Shown one piece after another: positions 12,171 to 26,935 of a stretch of DNA of 64,000 nucleotides. The stretch spans positions 1 through 64,000 of the forward strand of contig MU271374.1 in assembly GCA_021432655.1 (NCBI GenBank), in the 5' to 3' direction. The position numbers and the translations under genes were made by a program. The notes beneath the pieces are model-generated. The model had not been told where the DNA came from and did no database searches. It was given only the letters and a program-made list of their open reading frames with translations. How positions within the stretch are numbered: position 1 is the first letter of the stretch; every line of letters starts with the position of its first letter. This DNA comes from Atractiella rhizophila. Lineage: Eukaryota.

Positions 12171-13211
12171 GGATCAAAGGGCTCAAAAATTTGGTGAACC
12201 TCTTCGTAGGTACAACGAAGACTGGTAAGCGTGATGTCTGTGCTCAAAATTCTCGTCCAGCTAGGCACGCCGAAGTATCCCTTCCCTTCTGAATCATTTT
12301 GTTCGTGCTTCACTAATCCAACTCCGGGGTTCTTCGGTGGAGGTGGGACGTGTGATTCCGGACCAACAAAAAAGATGTGAAAAGGAACATTTGGAAACAT
12401 GTACGAAATCTGGCGGACAAGTGCAGCAGGAAGCGTCGACTCTGCTCGTGCGCCAACGACGAAGACTCGTATGGGAAGCAGTGGTTTTTTGAGCGTTGGT
12501 TTCTCCCCTAATGGGGGATGCAATGCTATTCGGAGTGCTGCTAAGGAGCGAACACCTTCAGTGGTGAGCCGCCGATTGCGCGTTGTATAAGGACTGAATT
12601 GGTGAAGGACGCTCGCGATGGTGAGAGGATAGGTGAGAATTTTGGAGACGTGCCGCCGCGAGCGGTCATTATCTATAGACTTGAAATGACGAGTGTAGAA
12701 ATATACATCCCAGTTTGCTAACGAGACAACCTCGTCGTAAGGCTGCTCGCCTATTCTCTCCTTCAGCACTGACCAACCTCCATTGCAATATGTGAAGCTT
12801 ACCAGGCATATCGAACTCATCCACATTTCTCCCGCTCCGTAAGTCATGCTCATCCTCATTAATCTCCCTCAGCTGCCAACAATACCGCTCCCTATCCTCG
12901 TCCTCTTCCCACATTTCCTGACTGGCATGAGTTGGGAAACCGCAATCTGGACAGTCAAAAGCAACGTGTTTCTGAACCCCATACTTCTCTAACGAGACCG
13001 GACATAATGCGAGTCGTTTGATTCGCTCCGCCTTCGCTCGCATTGCTGGTATTGGCGACTTGGCCAGGACATGGAATAAATCATCCTGCTCGATAATTGG
13101 TTTTGGCGGAGGAGGCTTCTGAGGTTGTGCACGTCGTTTGAAGAAGCTAAAGATGGTCCGTGCCTGCCCCGGAGGCTTGAATGGACTGAAAGGCGAGCGT
13201 AACACGAGCAT
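11709..13211 (-). CDS. MSS51: Mitochondrial COX1 translational activator/assembly factor Mss51
   Basis: FDCPDCGFPTHAS...LREINEDEHDLRSGR; NWDVYFYTRHF; FVVGARAESTLP; PFDPY..FFAFSPGFG; NNWGIWGIRGKRY. Two short introns. Confidence 0.93.
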
Positions 13212-13239
13212 GAGTGAAGAAATTCATGGCGAATTGTCG

Positions 13240-13245
13240 CACGTG
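13240..13245. promoter_or_regulatory. CACGTG E-box in the 71-bp divergent MSS51 / YlxR-like intergenic gap
   Basis: Exact CACGTG centred between the two opposing ATGs (13211 and 13283). The same motif recurs in other upstream regions. Confidence 0.45.
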
Positions 13246-13282
13246 AGGTAGCGGAACCAAAGCACGCCAGGTATTGTTTGCC

Positions 13283-14529
13283 ATGAATACCAGGACAGTC
13301 AAGTCGCTCGTCTATCAGACGACTCAGAAAACATCCATTTTATTGCAGGGGAGAGTCCCGCGCCAGTCGTCCGAGACCCACGAAAAGAGTGTACCGAATT
13401 ATAAACAACTTGAACCAGAATGGGAGGGCAATCCATATTGTAGGTCCAACTGAGGAGTACTTCGAGGAAATTTGACTGTTGTTTAGTACGAATGATTGCG
13501 AGTCCTTTGCGTCCATGCATTCTCACGAAACGGAAACACCCTACCTCCCTCATGCTACGATTTTCGGCGGCGCATGACGAGACAGCTAGCGAAGGAACGC
13601 GGCTGGCCACAATGCGCTTAGTTCCTACGCGAATACTTCTAGAGGGCCGCCCCACTCGCAAAGGACGTGGAGCATGGCTTATATGCCGTAAGGAAGCTGT
13701 CGAAGCGATGTGCCGCAAAGGGTGTAAGTGTTCTCCAGTAGAACGTGGTGGTTGACAGAATTAATCAACTTGCGCAGGGTTTCTTCATTGGAAACTGCTC
13801 GAAACGCAAAAGATGGAGAAAAACTCCAATCTCGTTGAACCGGAAGCGTCAAGATTAATCAAGCAGATTCAATCTCAACTTGTCCGACGAATTTGGCAGG
13901 AACTTGAAGCCCTAGCTGAGAAAAGAGGGAAAGTCCTGTGGTATGAAAAGTCACAAGCTAACAATGATAGTATGTGTTGTACTTCATTAAATCCATCCGG
14001 CGCTGATTTGTATATCCTACTTTGTTCCGAAGAAGAGCCTATAGAGCAAACATCGTTGGATCTTGTCGACTTACTCAATCGCTCCGACTTAGACTCGATC
14101 CTTAAAGCTGATGACGGTTGTCTTCTGTCACGACCACAAGGCTGCATCATTCTTCTAGACTCGCCAATGCCGTCAAATTTGTTGTCAATTCCAGAAGAAG
14201 ATGAAGCATTTTCTACTATCCTCAACCATACACCGGTCTACTCCTTCCCTTACCTTCTCTCCCATTCATCCACCGTTTTCCCACCATCCACTCCCGCTCC
14301 AGAAACCGCACGAACCATGGACCTGTTTCGACAGCTTACTCACAGTCAACAGGAGTGGGATGGTACAGCAGTGGTAGTGAAGTTCCATATGCGAACAGTT
14401 GAATTGTTGCAGTCGCTTTGGAGGACGAGGCTGTGGCTCGGAGAGGGATGGGGCCATGCCGATGGATTGGGGATTGGAGAGTGGAAGAGTAAGAACCCGC
14501 CCGATATGATTCCAAAGATTATAGGATAG
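13283..14529 (+). CDS. Hypothetical protein with YlxR/DUF448-like N-terminal motif, possibly mitochondrial
   Basis: ATG 13283 exon ending ...EGNPY splices to LRMIASPLRPCILTKRKHPTSLMLRF...GRGAWLICRKEAVEAMCRKG and then to the 13813-14529 ORF. Confidence 0.7.
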
Positions 14530-14710
14530 ATTGTCGTCAACCAAAGTTCGTTACACGGACAAGATCATCACGCAGAGTGATCTTAAACCGTCACCAGTAT
14601 AGAGTGAGGATCTTTCCCCTGAGACCTGCCCCTGCTCAATAGCAATACTCTTGCTGAGATGAAGTGGGAAGTGCTTTTGTGCACATCCGTGACTCATGAT
14701 CGCGTAACAA

Positions 14711-14751
14711 CCTTCACGCTCACAATTCACCTTCACGCTCACAATTCACCG
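14711..14751. repeat. Short perfect tandem repeat (CCTTCACGCTCACAATTCA x2)
   Basis: Direct reading of 14711-14751, upstream of the hydrolase ATG. Confidence 0.85.
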
Positions 14752-14839
14752 CAATGGAATTGCAAATCGGAGACATTTGGCCATAAAGCTTGGGAGCCCG
14801 TCAAAGGCGCTTGCAGGGTTTTATCAACTTTAACCCAAG

Positions 14840-17245
14840 ATGAAGAAAGGTGACGCAGCAACAATCCCATTTGCGGCAGAGAATCCAAGCAAGCGCCATG
14901 AAAGGCCTGCATGGAAATTCATAGCTGCAATGCTTCTCGCCTTTTTCTCTTTCAAATTCCTGGTTGCCCGCCATCCACCTCAATCACTTCACCATGTTAT
15001 GAGTCGCGAAGGTGGCTTTCGTCCGCAGGTGCAAGAGACCCATGGAATGGTTCCCCGCGCTCCAAAGTGGGCACCTTGCTTCGATCACCCTACAGAGCTT
15101 CCCTGGGAGTGTGCTACCATTGCTGTACCCATGAATCACTTCAATTTGAGCGATGAAAGGAGCTTTACGATTGCTCTGAGCAAAATTCCTGCTAGCAAAG
15201 ACAAAGTGAAGAAGGGAACTGTGTTCACCAATCCCGGAGGGCCAGGCAAGTATCTCGCTCTCTTGACTCGTAGAGTTATCTTGTTGACCATGGCTCATAG
15301 GTGGAAGCGGAACGGCACAAAATCAAGGCAAAAGTGGTCCAGGACTCTATCGCATCCTGCAAGGAGAATACGATCTAGTAGGGTTTGTCTGATCGCACTC
15401 AATCCTACTCACATCCCCAGCTTACACTTTGTCAGGTTCGACCCTCGTGGTATCAACTTGACTAGTCCCGCAGTTTCTTGTTTCGAGAATCAGCTAGAGC
15501 AATATCTCTTCGACTTGGGTTCCTTGTCATTCAACATTCCTGCGAACCTTTCTCTTCTCCGGGATGGTCACCTCGAAAGCCAAGTCGCCATTTCGCGAGC
15601 GGGTATTGAAGCTGCCAACAGAAAATGCGTGGAGCAGGTGGGAGAACACTTGAAATATGTTTCGACTGCAGACGTAATCCGTGACATCCATTGGATGAGC
15701 CGAGCTCTCGACGGGGACGACGCGAAGATGTGATTTTCCTGTTTCTTTCTCCATCAAGTCTCATGCTGGTGTGTAGCAACTTCTTTGGCACGAGCTACGG
15801 TACAATCGTCGGGCAGTATCTCACAATGATGACACCTCCCGAAAAATGTGAGCGTTGCTTCCAGTCTTTCACCTGCTGTGTTAACTTCTTTTGTTAGTGG
15901 GGAAGGTAGTGATTGATGGAGTGGTAGAGTAATCATTCTTACTTTGGGTATCTGCGACGACCTTGTTTAGGCTGATCTATGATGCCTGCAGTGCGGAACT
16001 TTGGCTCGAATATGGCATCAATATCTTCAAGCAGGGTTTAGATGACAATAACAAAGGTTCGCAAAGCGTCCACTTGTTTGCCATTCTAACGTCGCTCAGT
16101 ATTTGGAGCCTTCGCTCAAAGCTGTCTCGACGTTGGGGAAGAATGTGCACTTTCAAAGCATTTCCAGACTGTCGACGATATTCTCGCAGCAATGGACTCT
16201 CTCATCGACTCCCTTTACCTTTCTCCCATTCCTCTTGACCATCCGGCGCTTCCGTCATTATCGTTCCAAGCTGGCAATCTGCGTTTAGCGTACAACGCAA
16301 TGGCATACTCCATCACGAGTTGGAAAGCATTTGCTGGTCATATCGAGGATGCGTTATTTAAATCAAACTTCTCCGGCCTACCTGTAGGACAACCCATCAA
16401 TTTGACAGAGGCTGCCTTGAAACCAGCGCAATCTGAACGGGCAGGGTCCGTGATATCTACCTTCGAATCCTCACTAAGTGTTATGAACAGGTCTGCGATT
16501 TTCTGTGCGGATGCCAAGCAGTGGGATTTGCCCAAGCTCACGCCTCGAGAGTGGACCAAGGCAGCAATGTGGGGTCTTGAAACATACACGTCAAGAGTTG
16601 GAGAGTTCCTCTCTGCCCTTGACCATTGCGACCTCTGGGACATCAAATTTGAAAACAGGTTTGTTTTCCACTCCTTCGTAAGTCGCCTTTTCACTGTGAA
16701 ACATAGATATGATCGGGGTTTCAAACTGGAAAATGGGACGTTGGAAACACCCATACTTATTCTCAGTCAACTGTATGATCCTGTAAGCATTTTTTGCCGA
16801 CATGTCATTCCGATTACCAACCGTTCTCATATTAGGTCACCCCCCTTGTACACGCCACGGACGCTTTGCAACGATTTGGTGACAACTCTCGACTGGTTGT
16901 CCAATCGGATGGTTATGGGCACTGTGCCATGTGTGCCTCCTTGTCCACCAACAACAAAGACAAAACTAACTGGTTTCTTCGCGACACAGAGGACAAGCCT
17001 CTTTGTGCACGGCTAAGATCCTCCGCGACTATTATGTTAATGGGATAGTCCCAGCAGAGAGCTATACACGATGTCAGGTCGACCAAAAGCCATTCTTGCC
17101 TTGGAACGACACCCAAGCGGTACTTCAGCATCTCGACATCAGTGCAACTAACACCGAAGACTTCGCGGAGGCGGTCTCTCTGCTGGAAGGTTTGGCGATG
17201 ATGGGAGAAGGCATGAGGGATCAGCGAACAGGGTTAGGTTTATAG
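14840..17245 (+). CDS. Alpha/beta hydrolase, TAP-like (tripeptidyl aminopeptidase family) with N-terminal TM anchor
   Basis: WECATIAVPMNH, VFTNPGGPG(G), FDPRGI, nucleophile elbow GTSYGT, PILILSQLYDP, GYGH, CTAKILRDYYVNG. Many short introns. Confidence 0.85.
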
Positions 17246-17444
17246 TCTTAAAATCTACTCAGTGTTGGATGGGGGTCATGCACTAGTTTGGTCAAATGTA
17301 GCGAGGAAAGTAAGCAAGACTAATCATATTCCCATATCGATATACAAAGTAACAACTAAATATCAGTCTGACAAAAGACAGGGAAACATGACACATGAAA
17401 ACGAAAACCGAGAAGCGAAGTCAAACACAGCAGACAGAAACGGT

Positions 17445-18452
<1,008 letters not shown>

Positions 18453-19284
18453 GGTTGTTGTTTATTATGAGGTTGTTATTGGATGAGGTTGTGGTTGATC
18501 GATTGTTTGGGTGGCAAACGATGTGAAGGAGGAGGTGGTGGTTGTTGCGGGGTTTGGTTTTCCTTGGTCGTTCTGGTGGAAAGGGAAAGGAAATCTACCT
18601 CGAAAGGTGCGGCCTTTTATGGGTTCTGAAATCTCGCTTCCGACGGCGTCCCAGGTGCCGATGGCACCGCGCCATTTTGGGACCGTCACGGTTTCCAAAT
18701 GGGCTTCAAACTGGCCCTCAAAAAGCCCTCGAATTTTTTGGTTGGTGTTGACAATGTGTACTGCGGATAGTAGGACCGTGACTCAAAGGCCCTAACCCTA
18801 CTACTCGGTGACACAAACAGACCCCAAAACGTCTTTCCCACCAGTTTCTCAGTTACTTGAGTTTTCCCTTCCGGATTCTGTATATCTGGATGATCATCCC
18901 TGCAAAGCAGCTGGTTGCAAGTCATGAAAGACGTTGTACGAAGATGCAAACCGGTGCAGCCGCGTCGGTCTGTTTGGACCCCCAGGAGCTTCAGTGATGA
19001 CCATACTATTGAAATGATGGGAAGATGTCCTGGGAACGGGAACGGTACACACGCACTAATAAGATACGGGAACTGTGAAACTCGGACCACCGACCGAGTA
19101 CTTCAGTCGTTTAGGTCTGACTGACTTTCCTCCCATTTAGATAGCTGCTTCGTCCAAGTCCAAAAGTCGGCCAGAAATCAGTCCTTTCTTTCCTTTTCTT
19201 CCTTTAGCAGTATACATCTGTGCCGCGAAGGACAGCTCGTGTCCGTCGTCTCCATCTCCAGAGGTTGTCGAAGCTTCGTTCAGT

Positions 19285-22176
19285 ATGTCAAGATCCACTC
19301 CAAACGCGCTTCACAATCTGCACCACAACCAACAGCTCACTCGAACTGGCTACACGCCATCGAATCCGCCACCCAAGCACCCGCCATCCCCAAACATGAA
19401 CCCTCCTTCAAAGCACTCCCTCCAGACGTCCGCCATCCAACCTTCTCCTAAAATCCCTCGAAATAGAGAAGCGGCTGCTTTCACGACTCCTCCTCTCTCA
19501 CGAGCCAGCAGCTTCTCTTTAGATCTTAGATATGGCCCCAATGGCTCTCCCATCCACGATCCTTCTAAAGCTTTCTTCAATCCACGAGAAGGCATCAATA
19601 TGTCTCCTTCTGTCCCTTCTTCCGTTTCCGGGAGCTCCCTCTGTGGAAGTCCTGCAAGTCGTCCTGCCTCAACTACAGCCTCTCCGGCGGTCTCTCGGAT
19701 TGAAGCGTTCAAAACAAGCGGTTTATCCTGCGAACTCCTCAGGCTGGACACCACCGCGTCGATTCCAATTTTGATGGACATCGACCGCGAAGGATTTGGA
19801 GTTGGATTGGGATTACAGGAGGAATTCATTTTCGGAGCTAGTGGGGATGAAAGGAGATGTCCCGAAGATGAACGGCTTGGTAAGTCTTCCACCCTCATAT
19901 CCTGGATTCCATTTTGTCTAAGCACACCCCGTCTCATGATTGTCGTCAGGTCGAAACCGTCTTCCTTCCTCACAAAGCAACGATTCTTTACTCTCTCGAC
20001 TTGCGCCATCTACCTCTTATGAATCGTTACATATTCCCTCTCGTCGACGACTTTCCGATGCGAGCACCGATACTTTTGGCGTGATGCGAGGAGGAGCGAC
20101 ACGAACTATAACGCGGCTATCGGATGTTTTTGAGCTAGACGAAAACCGCTCCTTTTCTCGCCTGGATCTGTATCCCAACCAAGAGCTGGATCCAACGAAT
20201 CCATTGGCGCCAGATAACGCTTCAGTCGCTTCTGCCTTCACCGTCTCTGCCTATTTTAACGACGCCGCCGGGTCTCTTCCTAAAATCAAGGAAAGCGCTT
20301 ATCAACTCGATCCGGGAGATGTGTCCGTCGACACCTTGCGAGGTGATCAGCCGAGTAACTTAGAAACTCCTTTGCCCAGAACACCAACCCCGGTCAAAGG
20401 GCAGGGTGGATTGAACGCTCGTGTACTTCTCGCCACTCCTCCGCGCTCCTCTTCAGCTGCGAACTACCTATGTCTAGATCCTGATTGTATTGATGGACCT
20501 TCCACACCTCTGGCAGCGAAGACGAATAGTCGGCATCTTCAACTAACACGGCCGAGGACAGCCAACACTCTCGAAGCTGCTCGCGACTTTACATCCACTT
20601 CTCATTCCAGGAAGTGCCCTGGCACTCTGACAGTCATCAAGCCCACGAACATAAAACGACCGAAGACAGCTGATGCGCATGTTGGAGCTCAGATGGGAAG
20701 GTCAGAAGGGTGGAGCAACAAGGAGAGTTCGTTCCTTGCTAGCGGTGTGGTGACGCCAAAGCGACCTCAAACGTCTTCTGATCAGCCCTTGACGACCTTA
20801 CAATATCGCCAGAAATTCCCGCTAAAACTTGAATTACAGACTTCGAGCTCCTTGCTCAAGAACGGAATCTCTCACAAAACTCTGCTTTCTCCCGCTGCGG
20901 CATTGGCATCGCCAGTATCTCGAACTCCGTCTCCAGCTGGGGACCGTCGACGGATGCATTTCACCGTTAATGGGATGGACTTCGATGGAAGGCGAATCCC
21001 TCTGGCGCTCGAGTGCTACTGTATACGTCTTAGAATCGATCAAGAAGGTTTTCGTGAGATCAATCCGGTCATGAAGTTCACACGCTGGGACGCATCTTTG
21101 AACAAGCTCGAGTTCAAGTCCGACCAAGCCGCGTTCCCTTTCCATTCTACAGGTCAAAGCGCTCCAGTTTTAAGAAAGCTTCTTTCGGGTTCTGGAATTG
21201 AAGTTGGATATGATGCTGGGGAGGAGAAGGACTTTTTGAGTACTCAAGCGGCTTTGGGTGTGAAGGAGAATGGCGTTTGGGTGGTGGAAGGTGTCGAAAG
21301 CATCAACAAGCAGAAGTATACGTGGAGTTTTGCATACGAGGTGAACGATAGGTTCAGTCTCATGGGGAAGTTGATGGTCAATGAAAAGGTAGGGTTCTCT
21401 CGCGGCTTCTGTACCTCTACTGATCTTGTTGCAGAGCTTTCGGCCTTTGGTCTTCTGTTGTGATCCTCAGATCCTTGTATTGTCAAATGCGAAGCCCGTG
21501 AGTTTGTTCGCTTCGACAGGCTACAAGTTGTTAATACTTCAAATAGTCCCGCCTCTTTCATTCCTTAAAGAAGTCAGTCCAGTCGAAGTTTGAAGCTGTG
21601 CGCCTCGATTCGCCGATGTCGCGCAAGTTCGCAAATTTTGGGTCTTCCAAGGAGTCCTTGCGACCACTTTATCCTTCGCTCCCAGATACTCCATCTTCTC
21701 AAGTGATGCCACCAGAGTATCAACTTCCTTCTCGTCCGAGAACTCCTCGCTCCCTCCCGCGCAACTCCCTCTCCTCATCCAACTCTTCATCTTCTGGGTC
21801 GAAGAAGGAATCTTTCGATAAAACAACTCCTACACTTCAATCGCTGATAATGCAGACTCCACCTCAAACTCCATCCCGCGGCGCAGCTGGATGGATTCGC
21901 CGGCCAGCAACAGCGGATTCTTCGAGGAGACGCTCTAGGACGTCGAGTGGACACCATTCCCTTAGCCTTGGAGCGATCACTGGCAGAAGAGGCCGCAGTG
22001 GGAGCGACGCGCTCGTGCCCATTCCTCCGTTGCCGTTCGAGAGTGGCACTCCTGTGAATTTTCTCGCACATCCTTCTGTGGGGCAAAGTCCCAATCACAT
22101 CAAAGAGAAGAAGTCGAGGAGGTTTTCGAACAAGGCAAAAACAGATTTCCGATCCGACTTCTACATGAAGGTTTGA
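19285..22176 (+). CDS. Hypothetical Ser/Pro-rich protein (multi-exon)
   Basis: Consecutive long + ORFs (19285-20022, 19940-21463, 21598-22176) linked by short GT-AG introns. One possibly globular region, IRLRIDQEGFREINP...WSFAYEVNDR. No family recognised. Confidence 0.7.
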
Positions 22177-22372
22177 AGCATAGTCTTTTTCATCCAATCT
22201 CTCGTTCATCACGCCACGCATCACAAGTTGTTGTCCTAATTGGTTCTCTCTAGTCATTGGTAGACACCAGTTGGTATGTTTGAGTTTCTCACGGACAGTT
22301 CTTCAATGTTTTCAATACGCGTTTCGAGCCTCAATTTGGCGAATCGTTGTCATTGTAGCGCACATATGTATT

Positions 22373-23387
22373 CTAGTTTTGCCAGTTCACAGATCGTCCT
22401 TCCATCTTTGGGACTGCCTCATCCCATGGTCCTCGAATTTCACTGTCGTTTCACCATAAATGTCCCTTCCCTACCTTGATGAAGGAGTTTGAATGGACTC
22501 ACTTTTTGTGCTTCATGACATTCATAAGACCAAGCGGGGCTCCAAAAGTCAAGCCGAAAAAAGACAGTAGATAAATCCACATTGACGATGACGAAATTCT
22601 CCCCAGCATATACGTTGCAGCTAGCATGAGAGAAACTCCGAGTAAAATTTGTCCTTTTGCCTATGCCCCCATTGTCATCTATTCCTCTTTTCTCAAACCG
22701 AATTGAAGTCTTACAGGAAGCTCCCTTCTCCAACCAGGAAACAGACCAAACCAGACAACAGAAAAGAGCATAAACGCGAAAACCTGCTCAGCTGCTTCCA
22801 ACCTGCTCGCTAGCACTGTTGATGCTGAAATCGCAGCGGATAACGAGAGCGGAGCTGGAAATTTGAGAGAAGGATGCTCCTTGATCTCCTTGATACTATT
22901 GGGGAGAGTGTAATTTGCCAAGACTGCGTTCGTTAGAAAGAGGATTGCAGCGAGCGCCCATATTGAATCAGAAGTGGTAGCCGCCGTAAGCGTTCGTAGT
23001 GCAGGAGATAAAAGGTAAAGCATCACGACGAGCAGAACGGGCGAGGGTGACAAGGGAGGAGCACGAAGTACCGAAGGCATACACACGAGGGATAGGAGCA
23101 AGAGGAGGTGTGTAGGTCGCAGGTATGCAGTGTACAGGTGGATAAATAAGCAGACGAAAATGATTATGCTGGAGAAGTGTTGGGTTACAGGTAACGTGGA
23201 GTAAATGAGTAAAGACAATGACGGCGCCTCGTAGTTTTCTATCCTATTTTAGCGCCATTGTTTAGACAAAGGACGTAAGAATACCATTTCTATGCAGCTC
23301 ATTTAGGAAGGTAGCATCAGAATAGTTGTCTGGATAGTCCTGCTTCTCCCAAAGAATCTTCTGCCAGGGCTTTCGTCTGGATTTCAT
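22373..23387 (-). CDS. GPI2: GPI-GlcNAc transferase subunit Gpi2/PIG-C
   Basis: PWQKILWEKQDYPDNYSD; LSPALRTLTAATTSDSIWAL; SLSAAISASTVLASRL; C-terminal EIRGPWDEA. Confidence 0.92.
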
Positions 23388-23626
23388 TCCAGGATAAGCT
23401 CGAAACCTTGCGCCTCCTCGATGAGCAGCAGGTTTACCAAGGACTTTCGATAGGAGGAATGGTTCGCTTGACAAATTTGGGTGGATCGAGTGAGTGTTTG
23501 CTGGAGTGGCAACGAGTTCATTGGAATGCAGACACGTGATGGATCAAACTAGTATTTTTTGTTTAGAATTTCTGTATTACCAATGATCTAAAGGGTATAC
23601 TTCTATTCATGCACAAATATACAACA

Positions 23627-25060
23627 TCATAAGTCTGTCCTCTCGCCTCCACCATGCGCTACACGCCCAAAAGCCTCTTCTAGCCCTTAAAACAGGAAAC
23701 ATTAATGGAGACGACTCAGACAGGAAGAGAAAGCGTACGTGTTTTAAACTTGCCTTCCACTTTCTGAGGAAGGACAATAGAATACTCGACAAAGAGGTCG
23801 CCATGTGATGCTGACGCGTGAGCCTCCATCGTATGATGAACTGGCATCCCTTCGCCGTGAACGATTTGGACAAAGCCTGGCTGTGTCACTTCCGTGCGCC
23901 GAAGGAGAATTTCGTGGCCGTCTAGATGTGTGATATTTCTTGAAAACCCTAGTAACGCCTTGAAGACATCATCAGCCGAAGTTGAGGACAGAGCAAAATC
24001 AGAAACCTACCTCATCCAAGCTTAAAGCTTCACGCCAATACAATCCAGTCTCTTTCCTCATGAAGCCACCGTCCATCTTCTTACTTCTCACCCTCACAAC
24101 AACGTCTCCTGCATCCCAATCGGGATTCTCATCCGCCTCGCCTTCGAACACGACTTCCGATCCTTCCGGCAGACCACGGTCAACATTAAGGGTGAGCTTG
24201 TTGCTGGTTTGGACGAGGCGGTGCCCACGACAAACCGGGCAGAGATGTGAAATGGTCCTCCCACGACCTCCACACTTGTCGCATTGCATCTGCATAGACT
24301 GAAATATGCCTGGACCAAGTTGGTGTCGAATCAATCGAACTCCTTTCCCGTCGCAATGAGGACAGGTCTTGATATCCGTAGGTTTCCGCGCTCCAGACCC
24401 GTCACATTGATGGCAGATCGTTTTGCGTGAGATTTCGAACTACAAGCAGACTATGTCAGCAAACTTTGCAGAAAAAGGGTAGGAAAGAGCCCACGTCTAG
24501 TGATTTTCCAGCATACATATCCTTCAAATCCACCTCAATATCGGCCACAACGCTTGGCCCAGTCCTTCTCTGAGGATGTCCGCCACCGCCAAATCCACCG
24601 CCACCAAAAAAGCGCGAGAACACGTCGAAGGGATCGTGGAAGCCGTGATGACCCCCGCCTTGTGAATGTTGCTTGAGGCCTTCCTCTCCATATTTGTCAT
24701 ATATTTGACGTTGTTCAGGATCGGAAAGGATTTCATAAGCTGTGTCAAAGCACTGTTAGACGCCACTGATGCAAAATGGACCCTACGTGCTCACCTTGAG
24801 AAACTTCGATGAACTTCTTCTCCGCTTCTTTATCATCTGGATTTTTGTCAGGGTGATACTTTCGAGACAGTTTCTTTATGTGCAAAGTATATTAGCTGAA
24901 TTGGTCAAGCTAAAGAAAGGCCACATACGCGGTAACGGGCCTTGATATCTTTCTCGTCAGCGGTCTTGGTGAGTCCCAACACTTTGTAATAATCGATGGC
25001 CAAGGCAAAAGACAGTGAAAATAGGAGGAGCAATGCTCGAAGGAGTGACGAGGCGGCCAT
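23627..25060 (-). CDS. SCJ1: ER-luminal type I DnaJ/Hsp40 (Scj1-like)
   Basis: Signal peptide followed by DYYKVLG, J-domain HPD, CxxCxGxG repeats, [10 protein letters not shown], and a C-terminal RTDL* (KDEL-like). Confidence 0.9.
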
Positions 25061-25201
25061 GATTGCAATGGTCTTCAACGTACAACAGACTTTCGCGAAG
25101 AGGACACGTCGGAGGGTTGAAGTACAGTTCAGAGTAGGGTTAGGGCGAGTGAGGAGCAAAAAATTTACAAGCAACGATCGGCATAGGAAGCAGCAATTTT
25201 C

Positions 25202-26463
25202 ATGGCAGCAGAAGGAGAGGATCAGGTGTTGGCGCTTGCATCGAGTTCGGTTCCTTCGTAAGTATCTGCCTTTTCAAAATTTGTGAAATGTGATGGTCTT
25301 TGCAGGACTTCGAAGTTATCAACTCCGCACACCATTTCACTGCCATTGCTGGCCATTTTTGATCATTCAGAGGTGCATTTGCCATCGACTGCTCAGGATC
25401 CCGTGTGAGTGGTTACACCGTACTGAATTCACTCACTGACTGGGAATTCTGGACACAGTGCGTTTGAACAAGCTTTGCTCTCGAACTCGCAAACTATTGT
25501 GCAAGCACTCGTTGGCTCTATCTTCTCCCGCCCCCTTGTCTCTTCCCTTTCCGCAAACTCGGGTGAAATTCCCACAGCCATCTCCAGTTTGAACAAAACC
25601 TCGCTCGAACCACTTGTCACTCTGCCCCCTGCGTCTGATTTGGAGTATGGTTTGATTCCTCGAGCAAAGCGGTTACCGTCTGCTAAACCACTAACTAAGT
25701 GGGAGAAATTCGCGAAGAAGAAAGGCATTGGCGCGAAGAATAAGGGCAAAAAGGTGTGGGATGAGGAAAAGGGAGAATGGCGGGATCGTTGGGGTTATGG
25801 CAAGTGGAAGGGTGCTAGAGGAATGGGCGAGGACGGCAAGGGATTGGCGGACGATTGGGTGGTTGAAGTGAAAGGGAACGAAGGTTCGTGTTCTCCTATT
25901 TCATGTTAATTGGTCCATCAACGTAGAAGCAGATCCCTCATACAATCCACGCGCTCAGTCGAAGAAAGAGTCAAAGTTACGCAAAGGGAAGAACGAAAAG
26001 CAGCAATTGGCGAACATCGCTAGAGCTCAAGCTGAGACCAGTGGACCGACCCCTCAAGAAAAACGGAAGACGGAGCTGGAACGGAAAATTGGACAAGTAT
26101 CCCGCTCCACGACTGCCATGGGGAAATTTGCGGAAGCAGGAGAAGTGGGACGAGCAAAGGGAGAGCGCCGCAAAGTAAGATCTCGCTTTTTCTTTAATCA
26201 AGTTGGATCTAATGTGGTGACAGTTCGAGCCAAATGTTACATCTGGAGGAGAGAAGGAAGAGCGGAATAAGCAACTGGAGATTTTGAACAAGCTTGGGAA
26301 GCCTGGTTCTGGGACGACATCGAAGAAACGGAAGGCAGAGGAGATGGGAGGTGCAGAGTTGAACGTGAGGAAGGCTATCAGGACTTTGAATGGTGAGAGA
26401 AAAGCTGCGAAAGATGCGTCAGCAAAGACTGGTGGAGGGAAAAGGGGGAAGGGAAAACGTTGA
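25202..26463 (+). CDS. RRS1: Ribosome biogenesis regulatory protein Rrs1
   Basis: IPRAKRLPSAKPLTKWEKFAKKKGI...VWDEEKGEWRDRWGY; STTAMGKF; LNVRKAIR. Confidence 0.92.
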
Positions 26464-26935
26464 GTTTAACGACACTTCCCTCAGAGTGCAATCTTATTAT
26501 GACTGTGTGACACTATTACATTGCAGCCCGCACAAAGCTTGGTGGGACTTTAGAAAAGACAAGCGAAGTAGATGACGATGCTTGACAAGGATCAGCGCTC
26601 GTTACCAGGATTCTGGGACTATTCGCCACGTGCTATGTTGCTATGCGTACAACATTCAACAATCTGTCCTGTGCTTCCTCTCGCCTGATTTTCAAGCTCA
26701 ACACCCGACCAAACCTCGCGCTGGTTCGACCATCAACCTCTGGCCTTCAGCCCAAAACTGCTCTTGAAGTAGTCCTTCACTCTTTTATCCAACTCTCCCC
26801 GAGCCATATACCCTTACCACCCTCCGCGAATCTCGTCGAAAAGACCCAGTATCTGGCCATTGATTGGCCCCTCATTTAGACGCAGAGCTCAGCTCCCGAG
26901 ATTAGGCCTGGGCGTGTACGGCGACTTTTCAGGCA

